Of a stretch of DNA of 64,000 nucleotides, positions 40,763 through 50,593 are shown piece by piece. This stretch comes from Oligoflexales bacterium (GTDB lineage Bacteria; Bdellovibrionota_B; Oligoflexia; Oligoflexales; CAIYRB01). Position 1 is the first letter of the stretch; every line of letters starts with the position of its first letter. The notes under the pieces are model-generated. The model made no database searches and was not told where the DNA came from. It saw only the letters and a list, made by a program, of their open reading frames with translations. The translations under genes were made by a program, and so were the position numbers. The stretch lies in NCBI GenBank assembly GCA_041736175.1, contig JBGSUI010000240.1:32001-96000 (forward strand). The letters are read 5' to 3'.

Positions 40763-41758
40763 CTACCGATGCATCATCACGCGGGTTTGTTGCAGTATTG
40801 TCCCTGGGTTTTCTAAATAAGGACGGTATTCTTCCCGTTTGAGCACCACAGTGCGGACAAAAGAGGCCAGTGCCCCCGCGATCCAGGTCCTAAACCCCTG
40901 TGGGTCCATCTCTACGGACGAATAACAAAAGCGACTTGCCCGCAGCATATCAAGATAAACCCCCTCAAGCATATCAGCATGTCCGTATTGCAGAGCTTCC
41001 ATATAATACTTAGGTCCCGCAAAGTGGTCATAAAAATAGGTCCCCGAAATCCCATCAGGAGCACAAGGTGGCCACAGACCGCCGAGATTTCGTCCCGATT
41101 TGCGACCAAAACCCGAAGCTAGGATCAGTAGGGGAATCCCGTCATCAAAAAACTCATCCTGTTGAACCGTACCTCCATCCTTTTGGAAAGGATAGGAGTT
41201 AACCGGGTCAATCAGGACCAAAGCCGCGAGGTGGTTTTTATAGGACTTGTAAAAGTCCATCATGGTCTTAACCGATGAGCTATGTCCCGAGGCGATGAGT
41301 TGGTCCCAATGGGCGCGGATATCGGATTGGAGACCTGCTTTTTTAAGCTCTAAGCTTAAGTGTCGTTTGAGCCAATAGATCGACTGTATAAACTCAAGGC
41401 TCACCCGGCCCGAACTCTGTGGGCCGACAAACCCTACAAAAGGTGCGATCACGATGATTCCCCGCTCGGCGATTTTGGCAAAAGTCTGGACGTAGCCAAA
41501 GGGCGGGGCAACACCGTTGAGGCCGGTTAGAAACAGATAAACAGGATATTCACCAGGATTCCTTGGCGTCCAAACATCAAGGCTAAGGGGCAGACCCGAT
41601 GTTTTATTTTGCGGGATCACCTGATGGTGAATCCCTAAGGAGTCAGAAATGTTTTCCAAATAAGGAGACGGTGTTTCCAACTCTAAAGTCTGGCCCATCG
41701 ATAAACCTGCCCACCCCAAAACAAGCAAACCGATAAGAATGAGTTGCCTTCCTCCCAT
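40763..41758 (-). CDS. secreted chlorophyllase-like alpha/beta hydrolase
   Basis: YPVYLFLTG, SGHS nucleophile, IDPV, PPCAPDG and YGHADML follow the chlorophyllase motif order; signal peptide. Confidence 0.7.
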   Translation of the reverse strand: MGGRQLILIGLLVLGWAGLSMGQTLELETPSPYLENISDSLGIHHQVIPQNKTSGLPLSLDVWTPRNPGEYPVYLFLTGLNGVAPPFGYVQTFAKIAERGIIVIAPFVGFVGPQSSGRVSLEFIQSIYWLKRHLSLELKKAGLQSDIRAHWDQLIASGHSSSVKTMMDFYKSYKNHLAALVLIDPVNSYPFQKDGGTVQQDEFFDDGIPLLILASGFGRKSGRNLGGLWPPCAPDGISGTYFYDHFAGPKYYMEALQYGHADMLEGVYLDMLRASRFCYSSVEMDPQGFRTWIAGALASFVRTVVLKREEYRPYLENPGTILQQTRVMMHR

Positions 41759-41857
41759 GGATATAAACCCTCCCTCAAATATATCTTTTTTGACGCATTA
41801 ATCTCCGGTTCTAACGTGCCGGTAATATGCGAGTCCGTCAATGTCAACCTTAGGGTT

Positions 41858-42973
41858 TTAGCGGCTTCTTCCTTGTCCTATATGCAAAAACTGCGGACTC
41901 AAACCTGAAAACCTAAGAGGTATAGCTAGCTGCTTTTGTTTTTTGCCTAAAGGATCCAGAGGGTTCACGGGGACTTCGACCACCCACTGTTGAGCCTCAT
42001 GGTGAGGATCCACAAAGATTTCCTCAAACTCTTGGACAGGCTCCACACAGACATCAACCTTAGAAAAAATCTCCTGCCACACCTGCAGGGTCTCTTGGGC
42101 GATCCGTGCGGCAACCTTTTGTTTGAGTTCAAGCTTAGACAGCACTACACCAAGCCAGGAGAGACCACCAATCGCCTCCAGGAAACCTTTTACAAATTTT
42201 GGTTCCAAAGTTCCCACGCTAAGGTATCGTTGGTCTTTGGTACGGTAGAACCCATAGATCCCCGCACCGTTTAGCTCTGTGGACTCCCACCGAGGACTCT
42301 GGCCCGCAGCGAGCTCCATCTGCGCCCAAAGCGACGAGAGAAACAAGCCTGAAGCCGCAAGGCTAATATCCACGGCCTGCCCCTCCCCGGTTCTCTCCCG
42401 ATGATAAAGCGCCATAAGGATTCCAATCACACCGTGCAGCGATCCTCCCAGATCACACAGTGGAACCCCCGTCGGCACAGGACCCGCCGCGAGAGAACCA
42501 TTCATGACGGCCACGCCCGATCTTGCTGCATAGTTGATATCATGACCTGCCCGATCTCGCATTGGTCCTTCTTGGCCATATCCACTGATCGATGCATAAA
42601 TCAGTTTTGGATTTATTTTTTTAAGCGTTTCATATCCAAAACCGAGTTTTTCCATCGTCCCAGGTCGAAACTGCTGGACGACTATATCGGTGTCTGGGAT
42701 CAAATCTAAGATCTTTTGGCGCCCGTCTGGGGTTTTAAGGTCAACCACCATCACGGTTTTATTGCGCCCCAAAAACCCGTAGGTCGTGCTTTGGCCATCC
42801 GCAAAAGGCGGCATCACCTGGGCCAAGTCCTCACGACCTGGTGCTTCGACGACCGTCACTTCGGCCCCCCAATCCCCCAGGTACAGGGTCGCAAAGGGGC
42901 CCGGCAGCAACGAACTAAAATCGAGGACCCGAAGCCCCTTTAAAGGAAGCATATCCCACCCCTTAAACAGCAA
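41858..42973 (-). CDS. CaiB/BaiF class III CoA-transferase / alpha-methylacyl-CoA racemase-like protein
   Basis: RVLDFS.LLPGP, RNK, FRPG and AGHDINY motifs. Confidence 0.85.
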   Translation of the reverse strand: MLFKGWDMLPLKGLRVLDFSSLLPGPFATLYLGDWGAEVTVVEAPGREDLAQVMPPFADGQSTTYGFLGRNKTVMVVDLKTPDGRQKILDLIPDTDIVVQQFRPGTMEKLGFGYETLKKINPKLIYASISGYGQEGPMRDRAGHDINYAARSGVAVMNGSLAAGPVPTGVPLCDLGGSLHGVIGILMALYHRERTGEGQAVDISLAASGLFLSSLWAQMELAAGQSPRWESTELNGAGIYGFYRTKDQRYLSVGTLEPKFVKGFLEAIGGLSWLGVVLSKLELKQKVAARIAQETLQVWQEIFSKVDVCVEPVQEFEEIFVDPHHEAQQWVVEVPVNPLDPLGKKQKQLAIPLRFSGLSPQFLHIGQGRSR

Positions 42974-42987
42974 ACGGTTGGCAGTTT

Positions 42988-44136
42988 CTATAAGAGCTGC
43001 AGATGCCTAGCGACGACGGTTTTCATAATTTCGTTGGTTCCCGCATAGATCCTGCCGATCCTAGCATTCACGTACATCTTGCTGATAGGATACTCGGTCA
43101 TATAGCCGTAGCCGCCGTGGAGCTGCAGGCATTCGTCGGTCACCTTGCACGCCAGATCGGAAATCCAGTACTTCGCAGCACAGGCCTGCTCGACCGTTAA
43201 CTGCCCTTTGTTTTGTAGAGTGATCATATGATCCACATAGACCTGAGCCAGGTCGGTTTCAGCGACCATCTCTGCCATCTTAAACTGAGTGTTTTGAAAC
43301 GCACTGAGGGGTTTGCCAAAAACGTTGCGTTCTTTGACATATTTAAGGGTTATTTCGAGGGCTGCGCGACAAGTCGCCGCAGCACCAATCGCCAGAGTCA
43401 GGCGTTCGGTTGCCAGCTGGGTCATCAGATACCGAAACCCATGGGTAGGATCTCCCAGAATATTGTTGGGTTTTACTTTGACATTTTCAAAGAAAAGCTC
43501 TGCGGTATCTTGGGAAAGTAGACCTATTTTTTTAAGGGGCTGGCCCCGTTGAAACCCATGGTCATCAGATTCGACAATAAAAAGCCCCATGGCTTTGGGA
43601 TTTTTAGGATCTGTTTTAGCCGCCACGATCACTACGTCGGCGTTGAGGGCATTTGAGATAAAGGTTTTTTGTCCATTCAGCACCCAACATCCCCCCGCCT
43701 GTTCGGCAACCGTGCGCATACTTGCAAGGTCGCTCCCAGCCTGGGGCTCAGTCATGGCGATGGCGAGGATGTTTTCACCACTCACGACTTTAGGGATGAG
43801 ACGCGCCTTTTGCTCCTCAGTCCCGTAAGCTAAAAGATAAGGGGCCACGACAGAGGTATGAAGCCCTAACATCAATCCGTATTCGTTGCAGGCCGCAAGC
43901 TCTTCAAGCATGACGGCTTCGTAGCGAAAATCCTTAATCCCAAGCCCACCGTACCGTTCATCGGCTTGGGGCACCAAAAATCCTAGCTCCCCACACTCTC
44001 TCCAGAGAGCCTTAGGGACGATCCCTTCCCGCTCAAACTGAGCTTGGAAAGGGATCACTTTGGTCTCTAAAAATTTTCGAAAACTGCTGCGAAACAGCTC
44101 GTGTTCGCTTTCATAGATCGTTCTTGGCGTCAGCAT
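42988..44136 (-). CDS. acyl-CoA dehydrogenase (long-chain type)
   Basis: AMTEPQAGSD, NGQKTFISN, LQLHGGYGY and IYAGTNEIM motifs. Start placed at 44136. Confidence 0.9.
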   Translation of the reverse strand: MLTPRTIYESEHELFRSSFRKFLETKVIPFQAQFEREGIVPKALWRECGELGFLVPQADERYGGLGIKDFRYEAVMLEELAACNEYGLMLGLHTSVVAPYLLAYGTEEQKARLIPKVVSGENILAIAMTEPQAGSDLASMRTVAEQAGGCWVLNGQKTFISNALNADVVIVAAKTDPKNPKAMGLFIVESDDHGFQRGQPLKKIGLLSQDTAELFFENVKVKPNNILGDPTHGFRYLMTQLATERLTLAIGAAATCRAALEITLKYVKERNVFGKPLSAFQNTQFKMAEMVAETDLAQVYVDHMITLQNKGQLTVEQACAAKYWISDLACKVTDECLQLHGGYGYMTEYPISKMYVNARIGRIYAGTNEIMKTVVARHLQLL

Positions 44137-44173
44137 AGGGTTTCCCTTTTGAAAGGTCCATTCCTCGGAGTTT

Positions 44174-46330
44174 TTACAGAAATAGCTCGTTGCGTTCACA
44201 GCGTTCTATCAGAGATTTAGGGGGTTCAAACCGAGATCCATAGAGACGGCTTAACTCCCAGGCGCGGTTGGTAAACTGTTTGAGTCCATAGGTATTGATA
44301 AACTGCAAAGTCCCACCGCTTGCCGGGACAAACCCAAAGCCAAAGATTGACCCAAGATTGGCCTCCGGCACACTTTGGACGACGTTTTCTTCTAGGATTC
44401 TGACTGTCTCCAAAGCCTGAATAAAGGTCAACCGATCCTTGATATCTTGGAACGGAATCTCCACGCCTTTGAAAATATGAAAAAGCTCTGGCCAAAGATA
44501 CTTTCGTCCCTCTTTTGGATACTCATAGAAGCCAGCACCGTGGGCTTTTCCTTTGCGTTGGAAATGATGCAGCATCTTCTGAATCACAACACTCCCAGGG
44601 TGTACAGGGGCCGAGAGACCCTGCTCACGAAAGTCTTGTTCCGTAGCCTTTTGCACCAGCTCAAACAGCACCAAGCTGACTTCATCAGAGACCGCCAAGG
44701 GTCCCACAGGCATTCCCGCAAGCACGGCTGCCCGCTCGATGGCCGCCGGGTTTTGCCCCTCAGCCAAGAGAGCCATACCCTCTGCCGTAAAAGTCCCAAA
44801 AACCCGAGAGGTGTAAAACCCGCGGCTGTCGTTGACGACGATCGGGATCTTATCGATCTGGCGCACAAAATCAAAACACCGGGCCACCGTCTGCCGTGAG
44901 GTTTTGCTGCCTTTAATCACCTCAACCAGTTGCATTTTGTCTACAGGAGAAAAGAAATGCAGACCGATAAAGTTTTCTTTTTTAGAGACCGCGTCCGCCA
45001 GACTGGTGATCGGCAAGGTCGAAGTATTTGACGCAATGACTGCATGGGGGCTCACTAAATTGGCTATTTTTTCGGTGACGTCACGTTTGACGAGACGATC
45101 TTCAAAGACCGCTTCGATCACCAGATCGCAGGAGTCCATTGGCTCATAAGAGCCCACCGGGACAATTCTCGATAGAATCGCGGTTTTTTCTTGGTCAGTA
45201 ACAGCTCCTTTACGCACCCGTTCCGTCAGGATTTTCTCACTGATCCCTTTGCCTTTTTGGGCGGCTTCAAGGTCTCGGTCCTTGAGGAACACCGTAAATC
45301 CCGCCTTAGCGGCAGCAAAGGCAATCCCCGCGCCCATCATTCCTGCACCCAGGATTCCAATGGTTTTAAAGGGAGGATATTCGGTATCCTCTCCTCTAAA
45401 TTTTCCTTGTTTGATATCCTTGAGTTGAGACCAATAAGCAAGCATCATATTACGGGCCGTGGGTCCCTTGGCGAGTTTGACAAAAGCCCGGCTTTCGATC
45501 CGTAGCGCCGTGTCTAGATCAACATAAAGCGACTGAACCGCCACGGATAGAATAGCTTCGGGTGCGGCAAAACAGCCCTTTGTCTTGTCGATCAGCATCG
45601 CGGGAATCACTGCTAGTTTTTCTGCAAGCCCAGGATTTTTTGGTGTTCCGCCAGGAATCCGGTCATTTTTGTCGTCAAACTTTTGATGAAACTGGGTTTG
45701 GGACAATATCCAATGTTTCGCCTGGGCCATCATCCCGGGAAGGCTGATACAAATCCCGTCGATAAGCCCCCCTTCAAGGGCTTGGGTCGGACCAAAGGAT
45801 TTTCCTTCGATGAGTATCGGCAGTGCTTTTTCGAGGCCTAAAAGCCTAACCAATCGAACCACTCCTCCAGCCCCGGGCATTAAACCGAGGTTGACTTCTG
45901 GCAATGCTATCCGGGAATGACTCGTTTCTAGCAAAAGTCTATGGTGGCATGCCAAAGATAGCTCGTAGCCTCCACCTAAAGCACTGCCGTTCATCGCTGC
46001 CACGACCGGTAGACCTAGGGTTTCGAGGAGCCTAAAAGTTTTTTTCAAATCTTCGGTCACCGCAAAAAGCTGTGCAGCTTCTTCAGAAACCAAGGCCAGC
46101 ATTTCGTTAAGATCACCACCAGCCACAAATGACTTTTTAGCTGACGTGACAATCACGCCTTTCAGGTTGGCTTTTTCCTGTGCTAGCCGCTCGATCGTCT
46201 GGCGGAGTGCGCGGCAAAAACTTTGGTTTAGAGTATTGACCCCATGACCTTGGACATCCATAGTCAAGGTGACGATATTGTCGTGATCTTTTTCCCATTT
46301 GATATGGTTTTGTAACTGAGTCATAGACAT
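44174..46330 (-). CDS. fadJ: enoyl-CoA hydratase / 3-hydroxyacyl-CoA dehydrogenase
   Basis: ALGGGYEL, LPEV.LG, GAGMMG, SNTSTLPI and HFFSPV motifs. Confidence 0.85.
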   Translation of the reverse strand: MSMTQLQNHIKWEKDHDNIVTLTMDVQGHGVNTLNQSFCRALRQTIERLAQEKANLKGVIVTSAKKSFVAGGDLNEMLALVSEEAAQLFAVTEDLKKTFRLLETLGLPVVAAMNGSALGGGYELSLACHHRLLLETSHSRIALPEVNLGLMPGAGGVVRLVRLLGLEKALPILIEGKSFGPTQALEGGLIDGICISLPGMMAQAKHWILSQTQFHQKFDDKNDRIPGGTPKNPGLAEKLAVIPAMLIDKTKGCFAAPEAILSVAVQSLYVDLDTALRIESRAFVKLAKGPTARNMMLAYWSQLKDIKQGKFRGEDTEYPPFKTIGILGAGMMGAGIAFAAAKAGFTVFLKDRDLEAAQKGKGISEKILTERVRKGAVTDQEKTAILSRIVPVGSYEPMDSCDLVIEAVFEDRLVKRDVTEKIANLVSPHAVIASNTSTLPITSLADAVSKKENFIGLHFFSPVDKMQLVEVIKGSKTSRQTVARCFDFVRQIDKIPIVVNDSRGFYTSRVFGTFTAEGMALLAEGQNPAAIERAAVLAGMPVGPLAVSDEVSLVLFELVQKATEQDFREQGLSAPVHPGSVVIQKMLHHFQRKGKAHGAGFYEYPKEGRKYLWPELFHIFKGVEIPFQDIKDRLTFIQALETVRILEENVVQSVPEANLGSIFGFGFVPASGGTLQFINTYGLKQFTNRAWELSRLYGSRFEPPKSLIERCERNELFL

Positions 46331-46341
46331 CCTCTCGGGTT

Positions 46342-47544
46342 TTAAATTCGTTCAATCACAGTGGCTAGGCCCATTCCAGCACCGATACATAGGGTCACGA
46401 CACCATATCGCTTTTTTTGACGATGCAATTCATCCAGAAGCATCGAAACGAGGATGCCTCCTGTGGCTCCGAGTGGATGTCCTAAGGCAATGGCACCACC
46501 ATTGACGTTGATTTTTTCGTGGGGAATCATTAGATCTTTGGCAAATTTTAAAACCACTGCGGCAAAGGCTTCGTTGACCTCGAAAAGATCGATGTCACTG
46601 ACCCTAAGTTTTGCCCTTGCCAGGGCTTTCTGGGTGGCAGGCGTAGGGCCCGTCAACATAATCGTGGGTTCTGTACCTGCAGCTGCCATGGCGACAATCC
46701 GCCCCTTAGGTTGGAAATCATGCCGCCTCACGATCTGTTCACTGGCCAGCAAAACCGCGCTTGCCCCGTCGCTAATCCCTGAGGAATTACCCGCTGTATG
46801 AACATGGTTCATCCGCTCAATCGAGGGATATTTCCTGAGAGCCACCCCTAGATATCCGAGCTCAGCGAGTTTGGCAAAAGCTGGTTTTAGTTGGGCAAGA
46901 GCCTCAAAGGTGGTCTCCCGTCGGATCATTTCGTCGGAGGCTAGGATAGGCAAATTATTTTGATCTTTAACGGCCACCACAGAGTCTTTAAAATACCCAA
47001 GGCTCTGGGCTCTCGCAGCTTTTTGGTGGGATTCAAGGGCAAAACGGTCGACTTCCTCACGGCTAAAGGCTTCGAGGGTAGCGATCAGATCGGCGCCTAA
47101 GCCTTGGGGCATAAATCCAGTTTTGATATTGGTTTCTGGATCTAAAGCCCAAGCGCCGCCATCACTGCCCATGGGAACCCGTGACATGGACTCCACGCCA
47201 CCTGCCACGATAAGTTGGTCTTGGCCAGACATAATTTTTGCTGCAGCCATATTGATCGCTTCGAGACCAGAGGCACAAAAACGGTTGACCGTGGTGCCAC
47301 TCACCCCTTGATCCCAACCCGCGCTGAGCAACGCTGCACGGGCGATATTAGCTCCTTGCTCGCCGACCTGGCTCACACAGCCCATCATCACATCATCAAC
47401 CTCTGAGGTGTCGAGATGGTTTCGGGTTTGCAGCGCTTGGAGTTGCGCAGACAAAAGCCCGAGCGGCGATACTTCGAAGAGTTTGCCATCGGGTTTGCCT
47501 TTTCCCCGTGGCGTACGTATCGCGTCGATGATGTAAGCTGACAT
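46342..47544 (-). CDS. fadA: acetyl-CoA C-acyltransferase (thiolase)
   Basis: [19 protein letters not shown] and CIGAG motifs. Confidence 0.9.
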   Translation of the reverse strand: MSAYIIDAIRTPRGKGKPDGKLFEVSPLGLLSAQLQALQTRNHLDTSEVDDVMMGCVSQVGEQGANIARAALLSAGWDQGVSGTTVNRFCASGLEAINMAAAKIMSGQDQLIVAGGVESMSRVPMGSDGGAWALDPETNIKTGFMPQGLGADLIATLEAFSREEVDRFALESHQKAARAQSLGYFKDSVVAVKDQNNLPILASDEMIRRETTFEALAQLKPAFAKLAELGYLGVALRKYPSIERMNHVHTAGNSSGISDGASAVLLASEQIVRRHDFQPKGRIVAMAAAGTEPTIMLTGPTPATQKALARAKLRVSDIDLFEVNEAFAAVVLKFAKDLMIPHEKINVNGGAIALGHPLGATGGILVSMLLDELHRQKKRYGVVTLCIGAGMGLATVIERI

Positions 47545-47717
47545 TGGATCCTCCAGATCGGAATTAATTCAATAGGGGCCCCATGGCGAGCGCCCTGTGG
47601 GCGATCTGCGGGCGATCACGCTTTGGTTTTGCCCGAGCCCCGTACCCACTCGCTTATGGTTTATCCTACGGATACTTTAAAAATCTTTTTATAACCTTAA
47701 GATCAGTAAAGTCGGAG

Positions 47718-47792
47718 GTCAATCAATTTTTTACAGCTTTCCCATACCTACAAAAAGATTGATTGACTCGCATTTTCAACTCCGCATAGAAT
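47718..47792. promoter_or_regulatory. back-to-back promoters within an inverted repeat between fadA and choD
   Basis: GTCAATCAAT (47718-47727) / ATTGATTGAC (47758-47767); plus-strand TTGACT-N18-TAGAAT; minus-strand TTGACC. Confidence 0.55.
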
Positions 47793-47832
47793 CCCTTCTG
47801 AGATACAGTCCTAGATCGCATAAAGCTTAACG

Positions 47833-49494
47833 ATGGATCCCACTGGCCCTACATCCTTGAAGACCGCCTCAGGCGCTTATGATTTTGTCGTCATTGGTTC
47901 TGGTTTTGGGGGCAGTGTTGCTGCCCTAAGGCTTGCGGAAAAAGGCTACCGGGTCTGCGTCCTCGAACAAGGACCTCGGTTTAAAGCGACAGACTTTCCA
48001 AAAACCAATTGGAACCTTAAACGCTGGCTCTGGATGCCGTGGCTTGGATTTTTCGGTCCCTTTAAGATGACTTTTTTAAGGCATATTACAGTGTTTTCGG
48101 GGGTCGGAGTTGGTGGCGGCTCGCTAGTCTATGGCAACACCCTACCCGTTCCTAAAAAAAACTTTTTTACCTCACCCAGTTGGTCCCACCTTGCTGACTG
48201 GTATGAAGAACTCAAGCCATTCTATGCACTCGCTCGCAAAATGCTTGGCGCCTCAGTCAATCCCCATCTGACCCAGACCGATCGCATCCTTGATGAAATA
48301 GCGAAAGAACGTGGACTCCAAGGAGCCTTTGAGCCGACGGAGGTAGGCGTTTATTTTGGGCCGGCTCACAAGGCAACCCCAGATCCTTATTTTGGTGGCG
48401 AAGGTCCACCTCGGGAAGGTTGCCGCTTTTGCGGAGCCTGTATGACGGGGTGTCGCCACAACGCTAAAAACACCCTCGACCAAAATTATCTCTATCTCGC
48501 CGAAAAAAAGGGGGTCACCATCTCTCCCCTAAGTCAGGTCGTCGCGGTGAAACCCATCCCAGATGCTTATGAGATTACCTATCTTTTGCGAGATTCCAAA
48601 CGGGGATTTTTAAGCGGCTACCAAAAACCGACAACCCAAATCATCCGCTCTAAACAGGTGGTGTTTGCTGCGGGAGTCCTCGGGACTCTAAAGCTGCTCC
48701 TCAATATGCAGGCCATTCCCGAGGGGCTTCCCCTTTTAGGGCCGACGCTTGGTCACAAGATCCGGACCAATAACGAGTCGATCATCGCCGTGACCACTCC
48801 CGATAAAAGCTTTGACTTTAGCCAAGGGCTGGCCATCAGCTCCATCCTTCAGACGGACGAACATTCCCACCTCGAGCCGGTTCGCTATGGCAGAGGCTCT
48901 GGTTTCTTTAGACTCCTCGCCGCACCCCATTCCCCGGGTGACCGCCTCGGACAACGCCTCCTTGCCATTGTACGGGGGTTTATAAGAGAACCCGGCAGAT
49001 GGATAAGAGTTTTTTTGGTACGCGATTTTAGCAAACAGACACAGATTTTACTTTATATGCGAAGCATGGAGGGGACTCTCTCATTTAAACCTAAAAAAAC
49101 CATTTGGAACCGTCACTCCTTCCTCTTACGCTCGGTCCTCCCACCAGGAGGCAATAGCCCTAAGGCTTTTATGCCAGAGGCCACAGCTTTAGCGCAGCAA
49201 TTTGCGAGTAAAGTGAGGGGTGTTTCCTCTAATTTTTTAGTCGAATCCTTTTTGGGGATCCCTTCGACGGCCCATATCTTAGGAGGCTGCTGCATGGGAG
49301 CTTCAGCAAAAGAAGGGGTGATCGATTCCCGCCACCGGGTCTTTGGCTATCCTGGGCTTTATATTGTGGACGGCTCAGCCATCTCTGCTAACCCTGGTGT
49401 CAACCCTTCGCTGACGATCACAGCCTTAGCCGAAAGAGCTATGAGCTTTATTCCTGCAAAAGAGAAACAACTTTTTGTAAAGGCTTTAGTTTGA
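47833..49494 (+). CDS. choD: GMC oxidoreductase, cholesterol oxidase ChoD-like
   Basis: IGSGFGG, GGGSLVY, C..CG.CMTGCR..AKNTL, TAHILGG and GVNPSLTI motifs. Confidence 0.8.
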   Translation: MDPTGPTSLKTASGAYDFVVIGSGFGGSVAALRLAEKGYRVCVLEQGPRFKATDFPKTNWNLKRWLWMPWLGFFGPFKMTFLRHITVFSGVGVGGGSLVYGNTLPVPKKNFFTSPSWSHLADWYEELKPFYALARKMLGASVNPHLTQTDRILDEIAKERGLQGAFEPTEVGVYFGPAHKATPDPYFGGEGPPREGCRFCGACMTGCRHNAKNTLDQNYLYLAEKKGVTISPLSQVVAVKPIPDAYEITYLLRDSKRGFLSGYQKPTTQIIRSKQVVFAAGVLGTLKLLLNMQAIPEGLPLLGPTLGHKIRTNNESIIAVTTPDKSFDFSQGLAISSILQTDEHSHLEPVRYGRGSGFFRLLAAPHSPGDRLGQRLLAIVRGFIREPGRWIRVFLVRDFSKQTQILLYMRSMEGTLSFKPKKTIWNRHSFLLRSVLPPGGNSPKAFMPEATALAQQFASKVRGVSSNFLVESFLGIPSTAHILGGCCMGASAKEGVIDSRHRVFGYPGLYIVDGSAISANPGVNPSLTITALAERAMSFIPAKEKQLFVKALV

Positions 49495-49759
49495 GTCCTT
49501 TTAAATTTTTCTGCGCATCGAAGACATCCAATTTTTGCTGCAAATTTAGCCAAAATTCCGGTGTCGTCCCAAGGACCTTGCTAAGTCGGAGAGCTATATC
49601 TGGAGTTAAGCTGGAGTGGCCATTTACTATTCTATTGATAACTTTATAATCGACTTCAATATGTTTAGCGAGAGCAGTCTGTGAAATCTGCATAGGTTCT
49701 AAGAACTCTTCAAGAAGAATTTCTCCGGGTAGTGTGGGTTTTCTAGTCATAGGAAACAC
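49448..49759 (-). CDS. higA: HigA antitoxin (XRE HTH)
   Basis: PGEILLEEFL..FWLNLQ; overlaps the choD 3' end. Confidence 0.9.
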   Translation of the reverse strand: MFPMTRKPTLPGEILLEEFLEPMQISQTALAKHIEVDYKVINRIVNGHSSLTPDIALRLSKVLGTTPEFWLNLQQKLDVFDAQKNLKGLKLKPLQKVVSLLQE

Positions 49760-49762
49760 TCC

Positions 49763-50051
49763 TTAGTGATAGTCGCAAATCTGGACTTCACGTGCATTAT
49801 TAATCACCCATTTGAAAACTATTCGCCACTGATCGTTGATCCTAATAGAATGATAGCCCTTAAAGCCACCTTTCAACGACTCCAGTTTATTGTTAGGGGG
49901 AACTTTTAAATTCAGCAAGGACAGTAGCAGCGTCAAGCATATCCAGCTTTCGAGCCGCAATTTTTAAAACTGATTGCCACCCAGCTTTTCTTGGAATTCG
50001 TCCTGACTCGAAGAATCTTTCCGTATCTTTACAGGTAAAACTTTGGATCAT
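49763..50051 (-). pseudogene. higB: HigB toxin split by a single-base frameshift
   Basis: MIQSF..RKLDMLDAA in one frame and LKVPPNNKLE..SIRINDQWRIVF..DYH in the +1 frame; shift near 49905-49912. Confidence 0.85.
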
Positions 50052-50079
50052 TTTTGCTCCAAATCGAGCTTTCAGATCC

Positions 50080-50104
50080 AAGTATACCTCATTGAGGTAT
50101 ACTT
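50080..50104. promoter_or_regulatory. perfect palindromic operator upstream of higBA
   Basis: AAGTATACCTCA-T-TGAGGTATACTT. Confidence 0.8.
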
Positions 50105-50113
50105 CTTCAAGGT

Positions 50114-50140
50114 ATATCGGCGAAACGCAGAAAATCTTAA
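50114..50140 (-). promoter_or_regulatory. sigma28-like promoter
   Basis: TTAA-N15-GCCGATAT on the minus strand, upstream of higB. Confidence 0.5.
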
Positions 50141-50294
50141 TAAATTTTAGCAAAATTTCGGTGATTTTCTCAAAATGAATCGCTAGAGATTAGAATAATG
50201 TATAAGTTATCGATGGTTAAGGCGCACTTTTGCAATCTAGGTAATCCCACCTCGATACTGTTAGGTTTTAGCGTGGCGTTAAAGTTGTTACCGT

Positions 50295-50402
50295 TCAATC
50301 ATGCTGATAAAGGGACATCGTCTCTTTTTTTGTCGGCAAACGCCACGTTCCCGCAGTATAGCCACCGTACGTCGAGCCAGCGCAGGCATTGATGGCGCCA
50401 CA
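50295..50402 (-). pseudogene. DUF1566 (Lcl C-terminal, C-type-lectin-like) fragment
   Basis: Hand translation: GAINACAGSTYGGYTAGTWRLPTKKETMSLYQH*. Confidence 0.65.
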
Positions 50403-50593
50403 CAAAGGAAATACCCCCATCGGTGGTCGTCACATCAGTCGAGGTGGAACTAACGCAATAGGTATCAGAAGATCAGCCGGTCACTGACTGGCTGGAGGGT
50501 AGCCGAAAAGATTTTCGCAAAAAAAATCCTATTAATATTGGCTAATAAGCAGTATCATTGCCTCTGTAAAATAGGATAACCGAACCGGTGGAG

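Noticed and set aside
40609..40842. Possible short gene or remnant between the TA promoter and the chlorophyllase-like gene
   Set aside because: It overlaps the convergent gene end and has too little sequence to assign a family.
47581..47659. GC-rich long hairpin in the fadA leader as an ncRNA
   Set aside because: The pairing is imperfect and there are no recognisable family motifs; it cannot be supported without covariation data.
49895..49915. Programmed -1 ribosomal frameshift in higB
   Set aside because: The shift needed is +1, and no stimulatory structure is evident.
50295..50402. Diversity-generating retroelement, since DUF1566 domains can be DGR targets
   Set aside because: No reverse transcriptase and no TR/VR pair with adenine-specific mismatches in the window.
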